A stretch of 64,000 nt of DNA from an uncultured Actinomycetota bacterium (GTDB lineage Bacteria; Actinomycetota; Actinomycetes; JAHEKZ01). Shown here piece after piece: positions 9,310 through 18,784 of this stretch (its first letter is position 1; each line of letters opens with the position of its first letter). The notes under the pieces were generated by a model. It was not told where the DNA came from. It worked only from the letters and a program-made list of their open reading frames with translations, and did not search any database. Made by a program: the position numbers and the translations under genes. The stretch spans positions 999,300 through 1,063,299 of the forward strand of contig CAWKCE010000003.1 in the NCBI GenBank assembly GCA_963848085.1, given 5' to 3'.

Positions 9310-9951
9310 GTGACCCGGGGCGCTGAGCGTGGTGGAGTACCGGGGTACCGAACGGACCGCATGGAGGCATTCAGCGACGGCGTGTTCGCCATCGCGATCA
9401 CCCTGCTCATTCTTGAGATTGCGGTGCCGGCCGGGTCAGAGGACGACCTGCTCAAGGCACTCACCGAGGAGTGGCCCGCCTACCTCGCCTATCTGGTCAG
9501 TTTCGCCACGATCGGCGCGGTGTGGCTCGCTCACACGGTCATCACCGAGTACCTCGACCACGCCACATCGCTGCTCATGAGGTTGAATCTGCTTCTGCTG
9601 CTGGTGGTCGCGTTCTTGCCCTTCCCGACGAAGATGTTGGGCGAGTTCATGGGCGAGGAGGGTGCCGAACGCGTCGCGGCGACGGTGTTCGGCATCAATC
9701 TGCTTCTGTGCATGGCCCTCGTCTCGGTCTTGTGGCGCTACGCCGTGAAGGAAGACCTGGTGACGCCTGACTTGGCAGACGAGGATGTGCAGACGCTCAC
9801 CAAGCGGCTCACACCGACCCTGGCCGTCTACGTGCTGCTGATCGCTCTCGGACTCTTCGTTCCCTTTGCGGCCGTTGCCGGGTATCTGTTGCTGGCCTTG
9901 TTCGTCATCATTCCGTTCGGCGCAATGCGGCGGTCATCGCACACGGCGTGA
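9310..9951 (+). CDS. TMEM175/DUF1211-family putative potassium channel
   Basis: R(M)EAFSDGVFAIAITLLILEI signature followed by six hydrophobic segments. Start is either GTG 9310 or ATG 9361. Confidence 0.7.
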   Translation: MTRGAERGGVPGYRTDRMEAFSDGVFAIAITLLILEIAVPAGSEDDLLKALTEEWPAYLAYLVSFATIGAVWLAHTVITEYLDHATSLLMRLNLLLLLVVAFLPFPTKMLGEFMGEEGAERVAATVFGINLLLCMALVSVLWRYAVKEDLVTPDLADEDVQTLTKRLTPTLAVYVLLIALGLFVPFAAVAGYLLLALFVIIPFGAMRRSSHTA

Positions 9952-10041
9952 CGCGGCTATTCGCACCGAGGCGCCGGTGGGTGCAGCATCGTGGCCGAAG
10001 AGTCGATGTGGGACATCCGTCCTACTAGCGTGATTGGCAGA

Positions 10042-10081
10042 CCGAACCCCCCTTCCGTGGCGAGACGGAAAGGGGGTTCGG
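10042..10081. terminator. 17-bp stem / 6-nt loop hairpin between the channel gene and the tRNA cluster (possible bidirectional terminator)
   Basis: ccgaaccccccttccgt-ggcgag-acggaaagggggttcgg, with one C/A mismatch. No U-tract, as is common in GC-rich actinobacteria. Confidence 0.5.
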
Positions 10082-10159
10082 GGTCTGGGCGATCATTGGC
10101 CAAGTCACCAGCACAACCGTTTCGGTTGACGCTCGATAACGCTCTGACCTGTGTAAACG

Positions 10160-10237
10160 TGGTGGGCGATACAGGACTTGAACCTGTGACCTCTTCCGTG
10201 TCAGGGAAGCGCGCTAGCCAGACTGCGCCAATCGCCC
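10160..10237 (-). tRNA. tRNA-Val (anticodon GAC), CCA encoded
   Basis: The reverse complement folds as a cloverleaf: acceptor gggcgat/atcgccc, anticodon loop ctGACac, T-arm acagg-ttcaagt-cctgt, and 3' acca. Confidence 0.9.
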
Positions 10238-10249
10238 GTGCGTTGTTCG

Positions 10250-10320
10250 AGGTGGAGACGGGATTTGAACCCGTGTAAACGGCTTTGCAGGCCGCTGCCT
10301 CGCCTCTCGGCCACTCCACC
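10250..10320 (-). tRNA. tRNA-Cys (anticodon GCA)
   Basis: Reverse complement ggtggag..gcggc-ctGCAaa-gccgt..cgggttcaaatcccg-tctccacc-t, 71 nt. Confidence 0.9.
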
Positions 10321-10349
10321 GGAGCTGGTCTCATGGTGAGACCGGTCCG

Positions 10350-10422
10350 AGCGGACGACGGGATTCGAACCCGCGACCCTCACCTTGGCAAGGTGATGCG
10401 CTACCAACTGCGCTACGTCCGC
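10350..10422 (-). tRNA. tRNA-Gly (anticodon GCC)
   Basis: Reverse complement gcggacg-tagcgcagttggtagcgc-atcacc-ttGCCaa-ggtga..gcgggttcgaatcccgt-cgtccgc-t, 73 nt. Confidence 0.9.
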
Positions 10423-10591
10423 GTGCCCCGACCGGCGGTCGCGGGCGAGGCTTCACCCTAGCCGATCGGCGAGGGGGCCTCCACAGCACACCGACGTGCG
10501 CTCCGGCGACGTGACCCGGCCATCCGTGCCACGATGCGCCGGTGATCACTGAACCTTGGCGACCCCGGGATCCGGCGGTCGAGAGGTAGCC

Positions 10592-11602
10592 GTGTCCTCA
10601 CCTCCCAGCCAGGCATACTTCGCCGGGCGACTGGCCACCGGGCTGGCTGACGTCACCTCCGATCTCACCGCCCTCGACTCGGCAGGCTGGTGGGCAGTGG
10701 TGGTGACCTTCGAGGGCGAGGCGACGTGCGCCCGGTTCGACGACGTCCGCAAGGTCGGACTTCCGGCAGGCTCGTGGCCCGGGGTGTCGCTGGACGCCTG
10801 GCGCAGCTCGATGAGCCGCTCGGAGTATCTCGCCGCGGTGTCGGCAGTCCGCGACCGGATAGCCACCGGCGAGGTCTACCAGGCAAACATCTGTCGCCTG
10901 CTCGAGGCGCCGCTGCCGGTCGGCTCCGAGCTCGCCGGACTGGCGCGACTGCTCGCCGCGGGCAATCCGGCCCCGTACCAGGGACTCGTCGACCTGCCGG
11001 GTCACGGGGTCGGCGTCGTCTCCGCGTCACCGGAGCGATTCCTGCGCCGCGACCTCAACTCCGTCTCCTCGAGCCCCATCAAGGGCACGGGACGAACCGT
11101 GAGCGACCTCACCCACAAGGACGAGGCGGAGAACGTGATGATCGTCGACCTGGTGCGCAACGACCTTGGTCGCGTGTGTGCCACCGGAAGTGTTTTCGTC
11201 AGCGACCTGCTAGCAGTCGAGGAGCACCCGGGCTTGGTCCACCTGGTCTCGACCGTGCGCGGCGAGCTCGTCGACGGCACCTCCTGGCCGGAGATCATGG
11301 CCGCGGCCTTTCCTCCCGGCTCGGTCAGCGGTGCACCGAAGTCGAGCGCACTTCGCGTCATCGCCGACTTGGAGCCGACCGCTCGCGGCGCCTACTGCGG
11401 TGCAGTCGGATGGGTGGACGCCGACCGGCGACATGCCGAGCTGGCGGTCGGCATCCGGACTTTCGAGCGGTCGGATGGGATGCTGCGATTTGGGACCGGA
11501 GCCGGGATCACCTGGGGCTCGGACCCGACGCGCGAGTGGGACGAGACCCAGCTGAAGGCGGACCGCCTGGTGCGGGTGGCTGCCGAGAGGAGCACGGCGT
11601 GA
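10592..11602 (+). CDS. pabB: Chorismate-binding enzyme, aminodeoxychorismate synthase component I-like (short form)
   Basis: SPERFLRR, SSPIKGT, ENVMIVDLVRNDLGRV, FPPGSVSGAPK, ARGAYCGAVGW, AVGIRT and GAGITWGSDP motifs. GTG 10592 is preceded by GAGAGG. The track ORF starts at TTG 10556. Confidence 0.75.
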   Translation: MSSPPSQAYFAGRLATGLADVTSDLTALDSAGWWAVVVTFEGEATCARFDDVRKVGLPAGSWPGVSLDAWRSSMSRSEYLAAVSAVRDRIATGEVYQANICRLLEAPLPVGSELAGLARLLAAGNPAPYQGLVDLPGHGVGVVSASPERFLRRDLNSVSSSPIKGTGRTVSDLTHKDEAENVMIVDLVRNDLGRVCATGSVFVSDLLAVEEHPGLVHLVSTVRGELVDGTSWPEIMAAAFPPGSVSGAPKSSALRVIADLEPTARGAYCGAVGWVDADRRHAELAVGIRTFERSDGMLRFGTGAGITWGSDPTREWDETQLKADRLVRVAAERSTA

Positions 11603-12417
11603 AGGTCTGGGTGGACGGTCGCATCTCGGAGCCCGACGAGGCGCGTGTGTCGCCTTTCGACCACGGGTTCACGGTGGGGGACGGCGTCTTCGAGACGTGC
11701 AAGGTCGTCGCCGGTCAACCCTTCGCGCTCACCCGTCACCTGTCGAGGCTCGCCGTCTCGGCCGAGGGTCTCGGGCTACCGGCTCCCGATACGGACCGGG
11801 TTCGGGACGGGGTGGCCGAGCTGCTGGCTGCGGAGCCGGACGCGGGCCGCCTCCGGATCACCTACACGGGGGGGCCGGGACCCCTGGGCTCGGACCGTGG
11901 CGACGAGGGGAACACCTTGGTGTTGGCGGTGTCGCCGGGCGGGCAGTGGGAGGCGACGACCAAAGTGGTCGTCGTCCCGTGGGTCCGCAACGAGCGATCG
12001 GCGGTCGCGGGTCTGAAGACCACGGCGTACGCCGAGAACGTCGTCGCCCTCGAGTACGCGCACGCCCGCGGGGGTAGCGAGGCGATCTTCGGGAACTCCG
12101 TGGGAGCACTGTGCGAGGGCACCGGCAGCAACATCTTCTGCGTTCTCGACGGAGACCTCGTGACGCCGCCGCTGGCAAGTGGGTGTCTGGCCGGGATCAC
12201 GCGCGCGCTGGTCATGCAGTGGTGTGGTGCTCGGGAGGCCGAGCTGCCGCTCGACGCCCTGCGGGAGGCGGAGGAAGTGTTCCTCACCTCGTCCACCCGG
12301 GACGTCCAGCCGGTGCACGCGGTCGATGACGCCGGGGTCGCTGACGCCCCAGGACCGGTCACGAAACAGGCCATCGAGGTGTTCGGCAGCCGCTCGGCAG
12401 CTGAGATCGACCCCTAG
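11599..12417 (+). CDS. pabC: Class IV aminotransferase, aminodeoxychorismate lyase-like
   Basis: VSPFDHGFTVGDGVFET, GLKTTAYAENV, EGTGSNIF and CLAGITR motifs. GTG 11599 overlaps the pabB stop (GTGA). The long 10690 ORF is a frame artefact. Confidence 0.75.
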   Translation: MKVWVDGRISEPDEARVSPFDHGFTVGDGVFETCKVVAGQPFALTRHLSRLAVSAEGLGLPAPDTDRVRDGVAELLAAEPDAGRLRITYTGGPGPLGSDRGDEGNTLVLAVSPGGQWEATTKVVVVPWVRNERSAVAGLKTTAYAENVVALEYAHARGGSEAIFGNSVGALCEGTGSNIFCVLDGDLVTPPLASGCLAGITRALVMQWCGAREAELPLDALREAEEVFLTSSTRDVQPVHAVDDAGVADAPGPVTKQAIEVFGSRSAAEIDP

Positions 12418-12438
12418 CCGGGGCCGCTCCCCGCGGAG

Positions 12439-13029
12439 CTAGCCGTCGATGATGCGCGTCAGCTGGACGTGGATGTCGTCGGGCATGGTGTCCGCCGCGA
12501 AGCGCCGGCCCCCGGCGGTCACCGCCGGTGCGGCGCCCACCCCGGCGGCGGTTCCTGCGGCGAACTCCTCGTTGACCGCGCGATGGACTGCCGGGTGGTC
12601 GTGGAACTGCGCCACCCAGTCGCCGAGCCAGTCGCCTTCGTGGCCGGCCAGAGCCACGAGGTGGGACAGCTGGTACTCGCGCACCGAGGCCAGGTCGCGC
12701 TGGATCGCAGCGAGGTAGGACCACGGAAGGTCGTAGTCCATGAGCACGATCTCGTCGTCACCCTCGCGCTGGAACGCCCACGCACGCACCGCGACGATGC
12801 AGCGGGCGACGAGTCCGCTCACAGCATCGTTCGGGTTTGTCAGGAGACGCAGCCCGACGCAGTGGCGACCGAGGAAGCGCCACGGCTGGCCACCGTGAGT
12901 CTGTCCGTCCAGGTCGAGGAACGGCATGAGGACGTGGGTCGACGGGGATGCCGGGTCCAGCCACAGGTCAATGTCGCAGGTCCGGCGCACGGTGGCGAAA
13001 GCGTCGATTCCGGCCCGATGCTCGCTCAC
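12439..13029 (-). CDS. Hypothetical protein
   Basis: 196 aa from GTG 13029 (VSEHRAGIDAF..). The upstream Arg-rich part of the track ORF looks non-coding. No family recognised with confidence. Confidence 0.4.
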   Translation of the reverse strand: MSEHRAGIDAFATVRRTCDIDLWLDPASPSTHVLMPFLDLDGQTHGGQPWRFLGRHCVGLRLLTNPNDAVSGLVARCIVAVRAWAFQREGDDEIVLMDYDLPWSYLAAIQRDLASVREYQLSHLVALAGHEGDWLGDWVAQFHDHPAVHRAVNEEFAAGTAAGVGAAPAVTAGGRRFAADTMPDDIHVQLTRIIDG

Positions 13030-13094
13030 GGAGCCAGTGTGCCCCCGTCCCCGGGGACTGGGGACGGAAAACTGCCGGAGCCGAAGCCGCGCGG

Positions 13095-14174
13095 TCAGCG
13101 GTGGGCGGCGAGAAGGTCGATCCCGAGGTCGCCCACGGTGGGCGCGCCGAGCAGCCCCATCGCCATCATCAGCTCGGCGCGCAGCAGGTCGACGACGTCG
13201 CACACCCCGTCGGCCCCACCCACGGCCAGGCCCCAGATCGCAGGGCGCCCGATGAGGACCGCGTCGGCGCCGAGGCAGAGCGCCTTGGCGACGTCAGTAC
13301 CCCGACGGATTCCGCCGTCGACGAGGACCGGCACCTGGCCGGCCACTGCCTCCGCGACGTCCGGCAGCGCGGTCGCCGTCGCCAGGACAGTGTCGAGGTT
13401 GCGGGCACCGTGGTTGGACACCACGATGCCCGCTGCACCGTGGTCCACCGCGCGGCGGGCATCATCTGGCCGAACGATGCCCTTGACCAGGACCGGGACC
13501 GGCGACACACCGATGAGCCAGCCCAGCGCCTGCCACGTGAGCGACGGATCGAGGTGCGGGTTGTAGACACGCTCGTGCGGCCGTGCTCTCGGGTCGGGAG
13601 GTGCCACCGGCAGCTCGGCGAGGTTCGGGGGATGCAGCGCGTCAACGGTGTGCCCACCCAGGCGCCGATCGGTGTCGCGCGCCCCAAGCAGAGGCGTGTC
13701 GGCCGTCACCACCAGGGCAGACGCACCCGCGCTCACCGCCCGCCCCACCAGGCGCTCGGTGAACGCGCGGTCCGGCTGGAGGTACAGCTGGAACCACCAC
13801 GGTCCATCAGCGCTACGGCCGAGCTCCGCCACGGCAGTCGAGCCGAGAGTGCTCATCACCGGAAGTGCCTCGGCGGCCGCCGCGCCGGCAAGCGTGGCTG
13901 CCTCTGCGTCAGGGTGGTAGTTCGCCTGGGCAGCCGTTGGCGCCAGCAGGATGGGGTGCGAGAGCCGCTGCCCGAGCAGCGTGGTGGTGGTGTCGACCAG
14001 CGAGACGTCCACCAGCACCCGTGGCAGGAGGGCGAGTCGCTGCCAGGCGTCCTCGTTCCAGCGCAGGCTGTGTTCGTCGCCGGCGCCGCCAGCCACGTAG
14101 TTCCAGACCTGCGAGGGCAGAAGCTCCTGCGCCAGCGGGGCGTAGTCGTGCAGATTGACCGGGTCTCCGTCCAC
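13095..14174 (-). CDS. FMN-dependent alpha-hydroxy-acid oxidase/dehydrogenase (lactate/glycolate oxidase family)
   Basis: WFQLY, LVVTADTPLLGARD, VLVKGI, IVVSNHGARNLD and VLVDGGIRRGTDVAKALCLGA motifs. Start is GTG 14174, or 14249, which would overlap the divergent gene. Confidence 0.8.
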   Translation of the reverse strand: MDGDPVNLHDYAPLAQELLPSQVWNYVAGGAGDEHSLRWNEDAWQRLALLPRVLVDVSLVDTTTTLLGQRLSHPILLAPTAAQANYHPDAEAATLAGAAAAEALPVMSTLGSTAVAELGRSADGPWWFQLYLQPDRAFTERLVGRAVSAGASALVVTADTPLLGARDTDRRLGGHTVDALHPPNLAELPVAPPDPRARPHERVYNPHLDPSLTWQALGWLIGVSPVPVLVKGIVRPDDARRAVDHGAAGIVVSNHGARNLDTVLATATALPDVAEAVAGQVPVLVDGGIRRGTDVAKALCLGADAVLIGRPAIWGLAVGGADGVCDVVDLLRAELMMAMGLLGAPTVGDLGIDLLAAHR

Positions 14175-14230
14175 GCCGCCAGTCTGGCCGATGCGGCGAC
14201 GCCGCGTGCGCCCATGCCTAGGCTGTCGGG

Positions 14231-14692
14231 ATGGACGCGTCCGAACCACCAGGGCAGGACGAGCCTGCAGTTGACGCGGACAGCCCCGATAGTGACCCGC
14301 CCGGGCCCGACTGGCTCTTCCGGCTGCGGCAGCGCTGGGCGGGGGACAGTCGGCTGCGCCAGATGGTGTGGCGCGCGATCGCCACCGGGGTCGGCAGCGC
14401 GATCGTCGTCGTCGGGATCATCCTCCTCCCGTTGCCCGGCCCCGGTTGGGCAATCATCTTCCTCGGGCTCGCGGTGCTTGCTACTGAGTACGTCTGGGCA
14501 CACCGACTCCTGCTGTTCACCAAGAACAAGGCGCAAGGCGCGGCCAGCAGTGCGTTCTCCCGGGAGAACCGGAGGCGCACGTGGGCACTTATTCTCATCG
14601 GGTGCTTGCTTGCCGCAGCACTCGTTGCCTGGTACGTCGACCAGTACGGATGGTCCCTCGGAGGCGCCCGCGGCTGGGTCGGGCTGCGGTGA
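14231..14692 (+). CDS. PGPGW-motif transmembrane protein
   Basis: IILLPLPGPGWAIIFLGLAVLATEYVWA motif and two further hydrophobic helices. Confidence 0.6.
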   Translation: MDASEPPGQDEPAVDADSPDSDPPGPDWLFRLRQRWAGDSRLRQMVWRAIATGVGSAIVVVGIILLPLPGPGWAIIFLGLAVLATEYVWAHRLLLFTKNKAQGAASSAFSRENRRRTWALILIGCLLAAALVAWYVDQYGWSLGGARGWVGLR

Positions 14693-14728
14693 AGCGCTGA
14701 GGTAGGCTGCCCGGGCCGCGAACGGCAC

Positions 14729-14805
14729 GGGCGGTTAGCTCAGTTGGTTAGAGCGCTTCGTTCACACCGAAGAGGTCGGCGGTTCGAGTCCGCCATCGCC
14801 CACCA
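14729..14805 (+). tRNA. tRNA-Val (anticodon CAC), CCA encoded
   Basis: gggcggt-tagctcagttggttagagc-gcttcg-ttCACac-cgaag..cggcggttcgagtccgcc-atcgccc-acca. Confidence 0.9.
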
Positions 14806-14950
14806 CTGACCAGACCAGCCCATCGGTCGGCTCGTTGGCCGCGCGGCGGTCGTCGGCGACGCCACGACTCGGTAGCTGGTGGCACCGTCAGGCGGCAGGG
14901 GATCCACTTGCCCCGTCGTAGGGTGGTGAAGGGCGAAACCGGAGGAGTCC

Positions 14951-16198
14951 ATGGTCACGATTACCGGTCGAGCCGTGACGGCGCTCGCCCTTCCCCTGTT
15001 GCTCGCATGCAGCAGCGTGGCTACCGATGCTGGCGCTTCGCCGACGAGGACACCGCAACCGAGGACCAGCACGTCCTCGTCCTCCGCCACTGCCGGGCCC
15101 GCCGCCGCCGACGTGAACAAGGTGAAGCTCACCTGGCGGCGCGTGGCGACGGGGTTGTCGGCGCCGACACAGGTCACTTCGGCGCGTGACGGCACCAGCC
15201 GGATGTTCGTGGTGCAGAAGAACACTGGCACGGTGCGGGTCTTCCACAACGGCCAGCTCCGCGCCAAGCCCTACCTCAACGTAGGGTCCCTCATCAGCAC
15301 GGACAGCGAGCGGGGGCTCCTGTCGCTCGCATTCGCACCCGACTTCCGGTCCAACCCCCGGCTGTTCATCATGTACACCCGCGGCGACGGTGACGTCGTC
15401 CTGGCACGCATGCGTGCTCGGTCTGCCAAAGCGGGGCACGTGGTAGCCAGCTCACGCCGCACCCTGCTGGTGGTCGAGCACAGTCAGTACGGCAACCACA
15501 ACGGCGGCCAGCTGGTGTTCGGTCCCGACGGGCTGCTGTACATGGGGATCGGCGACGGCGGCGGAGGCGGCGACCCGCTTGGCAGTGGGCAGAGCCGGTC
15601 CACGCTGAGGGGCAAGATTCTGCGGCTGAACGTGTCCTGCGGAAAGCCGTACTGCGTACCGCGCAGCAACCCGTTCGCCGGGAAGACCCCCGGTCTGGGT
15701 GAGATCTGGCTGTTGGGCCTGCGCAACCCCTGGAAGATGTCGTTCGACCCGGCGACCAAGGCGCTGTGGATCGGCGATGTGGGGCAGGACGGTTTCGAGG
15801 AGGTCAACCGGGTCGCGGCTACACCCTTGCACCGGAACCTTGGGTGGTCGTGCCGGGAGGGCCGCGTGGTCTACAACGCCTCCCGCTGTCGCAGTGGCGT
15901 CCAGTACGTCGAGCCGAAGACGGTCGTCTCGCACCCGGCCGGGGAGTCAATCACCGGCGGATACGTGTACCGAGGGTCCCGCTACTCCCGGCTCATGCGC
16001 GGCCTGTACGTATTCGGCGACTTCGTGAACCGGAAGGTCTGGGTCTACGCCGCCGGCCAGGGCAAGGCGCTGCAGGCTGCCCGGCTGGGCTCGTCGAGCT
16101 ACAACGGGCCGACGTCGTTTGGTGTCGACGGATCAGGCGAGATCTGGGCGGTCACCTACGACGGCACCCTGTGGCGGATGCGCGCGCAATCCCGGTGA
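14951..16198 (+). CDS. PQQ-dependent sugar (glucose/sorbosone) dehydrogenase, lipoprotein
   Basis: Lipobox LLLACSS. Motifs [47 protein letters not shown] and [20 protein letters not shown] sits upstream of the ATG. Confidence 0.8.
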   Translation: MVTITGRAVTALALPLLLACSSVATDAGASPTRTPQPRTSTSSSSATAGPAAADVNKVKLTWRRVATGLSAPTQVTSARDGTSRMFVVQKNTGTVRVFHNGQLRAKPYLNVGSLISTDSERGLLSLAFAPDFRSNPRLFIMYTRGDGDVVLARMRARSAKAGHVVASSRRTLLVVEHSQYGNHNGGQLVFGPDGLLYMGIGDGGGGGDPLGSGQSRSTLRGKILRLNVSCGKPYCVPRSNPFAGKTPGLGEIWLLGLRNPWKMSFDPATKALWIGDVGQDGFEEVNRVAATPLHRNLGWSCREGRVVYNASRCRSGVQYVEPKTVVSHPAGESITGGYVYRGSRYSRLMRGLYVFGDFVNRKVWVYAAGQGKALQAARLGSSSYNGPTSFGVDGSGEIWAVTYDGTLWRMRAQSR

Positions 16199-16259
16199 CC
16201 GGGCTGGGGGCGGCTCGGTAGCATCGAGGGACCACCGCGTCCCTTCACCTGGAGCCACC

Positions 16260-18251
16260 GTGTCCGACGTCAAGGTCAGTCTCGCCGGCGCGACGCGAGA
16301 CGTCCCGGTGGGTGCCACGGCCGGGGACCTGTTCGACGGTGACCGGGCAGTTGTGGTCGCCCGGGTCAACGGGGACCTGCGTGACCTCAGCCATCCTGTC
16401 GCCGACGGCGACGAGGTCGAAGGCGTCACGATCGACTCCGACGACGGCCTCGCGGTCCTTCGCCACTCGGCGGCTCACGTGCTGGCACAGGCGGTGCAGG
16501 ACCTGTTCCCCGATGCCCGGCTGGGGATCGGTCCGCCCATTGCGGACGGCTTCTACTACGACTTCGACGTTGCAGATCCGTTCACGCCCGAGGACCTCAA
16601 GCGCCTCGAGAAGCGGATGCAGGAGATCGTCAAGTCCGGCCAGCGGTTCGCGCGCCGGGCGGTATCCGAGGAGGCGGCGCGGCAGGAGCTGGCCTCCGAG
16701 CCGTTCAAGCTGGAGCTCATCGGGCTGAAAGGCGGGGCGGTGGACTCCGACGTGATGGAGGTTGGCGGGGGAGAGCTCACCATCTACGACAACCTGGACG
16801 CGCGCAGCGGTGAGCTCCAGTGGAAGGACCTCTGTCGGGGGCCACACCTGGCGACGACGAAGTTGATCCCCGCCTTCAAGCTGATGCGGGTTGCCGGCGC
16901 CTACTGGCGCGGAAGCGAGAAGAACCCTCAGCTTCAGCGGATCTACGGCACGGCCTGGCCGAGCCGGGACGCGCTCAAGGCGCACCTCGCCTTCCTGGAG
17001 GAGGCCGAGCGGCGCGACCACCGCAGGCTGGGAGCCGAGCTGGACCTGTTCAGCTTCCCGGAGGAGATCGGCTCCGGCCTGGCGGTCTTCCATCCCAAGG
17101 GGGGTGTCGTCCGGCGGGTCATGGAGGACTACTCGCGCCAGCGGCACGACAGTGCGGGGTACGACTTCGTCAACAGCCCGCACATCACGAAGGCCAACCT
17201 GTTCGAGACGTCCGGCCACCTCGAGTGGTTCGCCGACGGCATGTACCCGCCCATGCACCTGGACGCCGAGCACGACAGTGCGGGGAACGTGAAGCGGGCC
17301 GGCGCGGACTACTACCTGAAGCCCATGAACTGCCCGTTCCACAACCTCATCTTCTCGGCGCGGGGCCGGTCCTACCGGGAGCTGCCGATGCGGCTGTTCG
17401 AGTTCGGGTCCGTCTACCGGTACGAGAAGTCCGGTGTGGTCCACGGGCTCACCCGTGTCCGCGGCATGACGCAGGACGACGCACACATCTACTGCACCAA
17501 GGAGCAGATGCCGGGGGAGCTCGACAGCCTGCTCACCTTCGTCCTCGGGCTGCTGCGCGACTACGGGCTCGAGGACTTCTACCTCGAGCTGTCCACGCGT
17601 GACCCCGACAAGTTCGTGGGAGCCGAGGAGGACTGGGCCGAGGCCACTGAGGCGCTGCGCCAGGCCGCCGACAAGCAGAGCCTGGAGCTGGTCCTCGACG
17701 AGGGCGGGGCCGCGTTCTACGGACCCAAGATCTCCGTGCAGGCCAAGGACGCCATCGGGCGCACCTGGCAGCTGTCGACGATTCAGGTCGACTTCCAGCT
17801 GCCCCAGCGGTTCGATCTGGAGTACCAGGCTGCCGACGGAACCCGGCAGCGGCCGGTCATGATCCACCGGGCGCTGTTCGGCTCGATCGAGCGGTTCTTC
17901 GGGGTGCTCCTCGAGCACTACGCCGGGGCGTTCCCGGTGTGGCTGGCGCCGGTGCAGGTGGTGGGCATCCCGATCACCGACCAGCACGTCGAGCATCTGG
18001 AGCGGGTGGCCGCCGACCTGCGGCGGCAGGGTGCGCGGGTCGAGGTGGACACGTCGGACGACCGCATGCAGAAGAAGATCCGCAACGCGCAGCGGCAGAA
18101 GGTGCCCTACATGCTGATCGCGGGCGACGACGATGTCGACAAGGGCGCAGTCTCTTTCCGCCTCCGTGACGGGTCGCAGGACAACGGCGTTCCCGTCAAC
18201 GAAGCAGTGGCGCGGATCGTCGCCGCCATCGCGGACCGGCGGCAGGTGTGA
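16260..18251 (+). CDS. thrS: Threonine--tRNA ligase
   Basis: TGS, editing and class II core motifs ([44 protein letters not shown]). Start at GTG 16260 (VSDVKVSL). Confidence 0.95.
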   Translation: MSDVKVSLAGATRDVPVGATAGDLFDGDRAVVVARVNGDLRDLSHPVADGDEVEGVTIDSDDGLAVLRHSAAHVLAQAVQDLFPDARLGIGPPIADGFYYDFDVADPFTPEDLKRLEKRMQEIVKSGQRFARRAVSEEAARQELASEPFKLELIGLKGGAVDSDVMEVGGGELTIYDNLDARSGELQWKDLCRGPHLATTKLIPAFKLMRVAGAYWRGSEKNPQLQRIYGTAWPSRDALKAHLAFLEEAERRDHRRLGAELDLFSFPEEIGSGLAVFHPKGGVVRRVMEDYSRQRHDSAGYDFVNSPHITKANLFETSGHLEWFADGMYPPMHLDAEHDSAGNVKRAGADYYLKPMNCPFHNLIFSARGRSYRELPMRLFEFGSVYRYEKSGVVHGLTRVRGMTQDDAHIYCTKEQMPGELDSLLTFVLGLLRDYGLEDFYLELSTRDPDKFVGAEEDWAEATEALRQAADKQSLELVLDEGGAAFYGPKISVQAKDAIGRTWQLSTIQVDFQLPQRFDLEYQAADGTRQRPVMIHRALFGSIERFFGVLLEHYAGAFPVWLAPVQVVGIPITDQHVEHLERVAADLRRQGARVEVDTSDDRMQKKIRNAQRQKVPYMLIAGDDDVDKGAVSFRLRDGSQDNGVPVNEAVARIVAAIADRRQV

Positions 18252-18775
18252 CGGACCCTCCCGGGCAGTCCGACCAGTTCGACCGGCTGTGGACGCCGCA
18301 CCGAATGGCGTACATCCAGGGCGAAGGGCGCCCAGACAGCGACGACCCCGCGGACTGCCCGTTCTGCCAAGCCCCTTTGGTGGATGACGCGGAGGGTCTG
18401 CTGGTGGCACGGGGGAGCGCGGTGTTCGTCGTGCTGAACCTGTACCCGTACAACGTCGGCCACCTGATGGCGTGCCCCTACCGACATGTGGCCGACTACG
18501 CCGACCTCACCCCAGACGAGACCGTCGAGCTGGCCCAGTTCACGCAGCGGGCCATGCGAACGCTGCGCTCAGCGGCCGGACCACAAGGCTTCAACATCGG
18601 CATGAACCAGGGAGCCATCGGCGGTGCGGGGATCGCCATGCACCTGCACCAGCACGTGGTCCCGCGCTGGGGTGGGGACACCAACTTCATGCCGGTCGTG
18701 GCGCACACCAAGGTGCTGCCGCAGCTGTTGAGCGAGACCCGCGACATCCTGGCCGCGGCGTGGCAGGCCGCCTGA
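18248..18775 (+). CDS. HIT-family protein (Ap4A phosphorylase-like position next to thrS)
   Basis: Histidine-triad [14 protein letters not shown] overlap with the thrS stop. Confidence 0.8.
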   Translation: MTDPPGQSDQFDRLWTPHRMAYIQGEGRPDSDDPADCPFCQAPLVDDAEGLLVARGSAVFVVLNLYPYNVGHLMACPYRHVADYADLTPDETVELAQFTQRAMRTLRSAAGPQGFNIGMNQGAIGGAGIAMHLHQHVVPRWGGDTNFMPVVAHTKVLPQLLSETRDILAAAWQAA

Positions 18776-18784
18776 CGGGGCCGG

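Noticed and set aside
9957-10334. 125-aa minus-strand ORF, plus small ORFs 9991..10278, 10201..10407 and 10331..10549.
   Set aside because: They overlap three well-folding tRNA genes and the hairpin region, so they are not coding.
12439-13029. Possible degenerate DsbA/Rv2466c-like thioredoxin-fold protein (IDLWLDPASPSTHV where DsbA-like proteins have CxxC).
   Set aside because: The resemblance rests on one short segment recalled from memory and the cysteines are absent. This is not enough for a call, so it is left as hypothetical.
13045-13067. 8-bp GC hairpin (ccgtcccc/ggggacgg) between the hydroxy-acid oxidase gene and the downstream hypothetical gene.
   Set aside because: On the transcribed (minus) strand the T-run precedes rather than follows the stem. 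Short GC hairpins are frequent at this GC content, so I did not call it a terminator.
16245-18410. 721-aa ORF antisense to thrS. The same class includes 33400..35646 (antisense to rel), 40086..41858 (aspS), 43311..44981 (alaS), 38629..40188 (hisS), 59249..61219 (pilX-like/pilD), 28194..30305 and 27595..29253 (ruvABC), 22976..24592, 24898..26655, 7812..9464 and 1791..2804.
   Set aside because: Their translations are Arg/Pro/Gly-rich with no recognisable motifs. They lie opposite genes with unmistakable family signatures. Long stop-free antisense frames are expected at this GC content.
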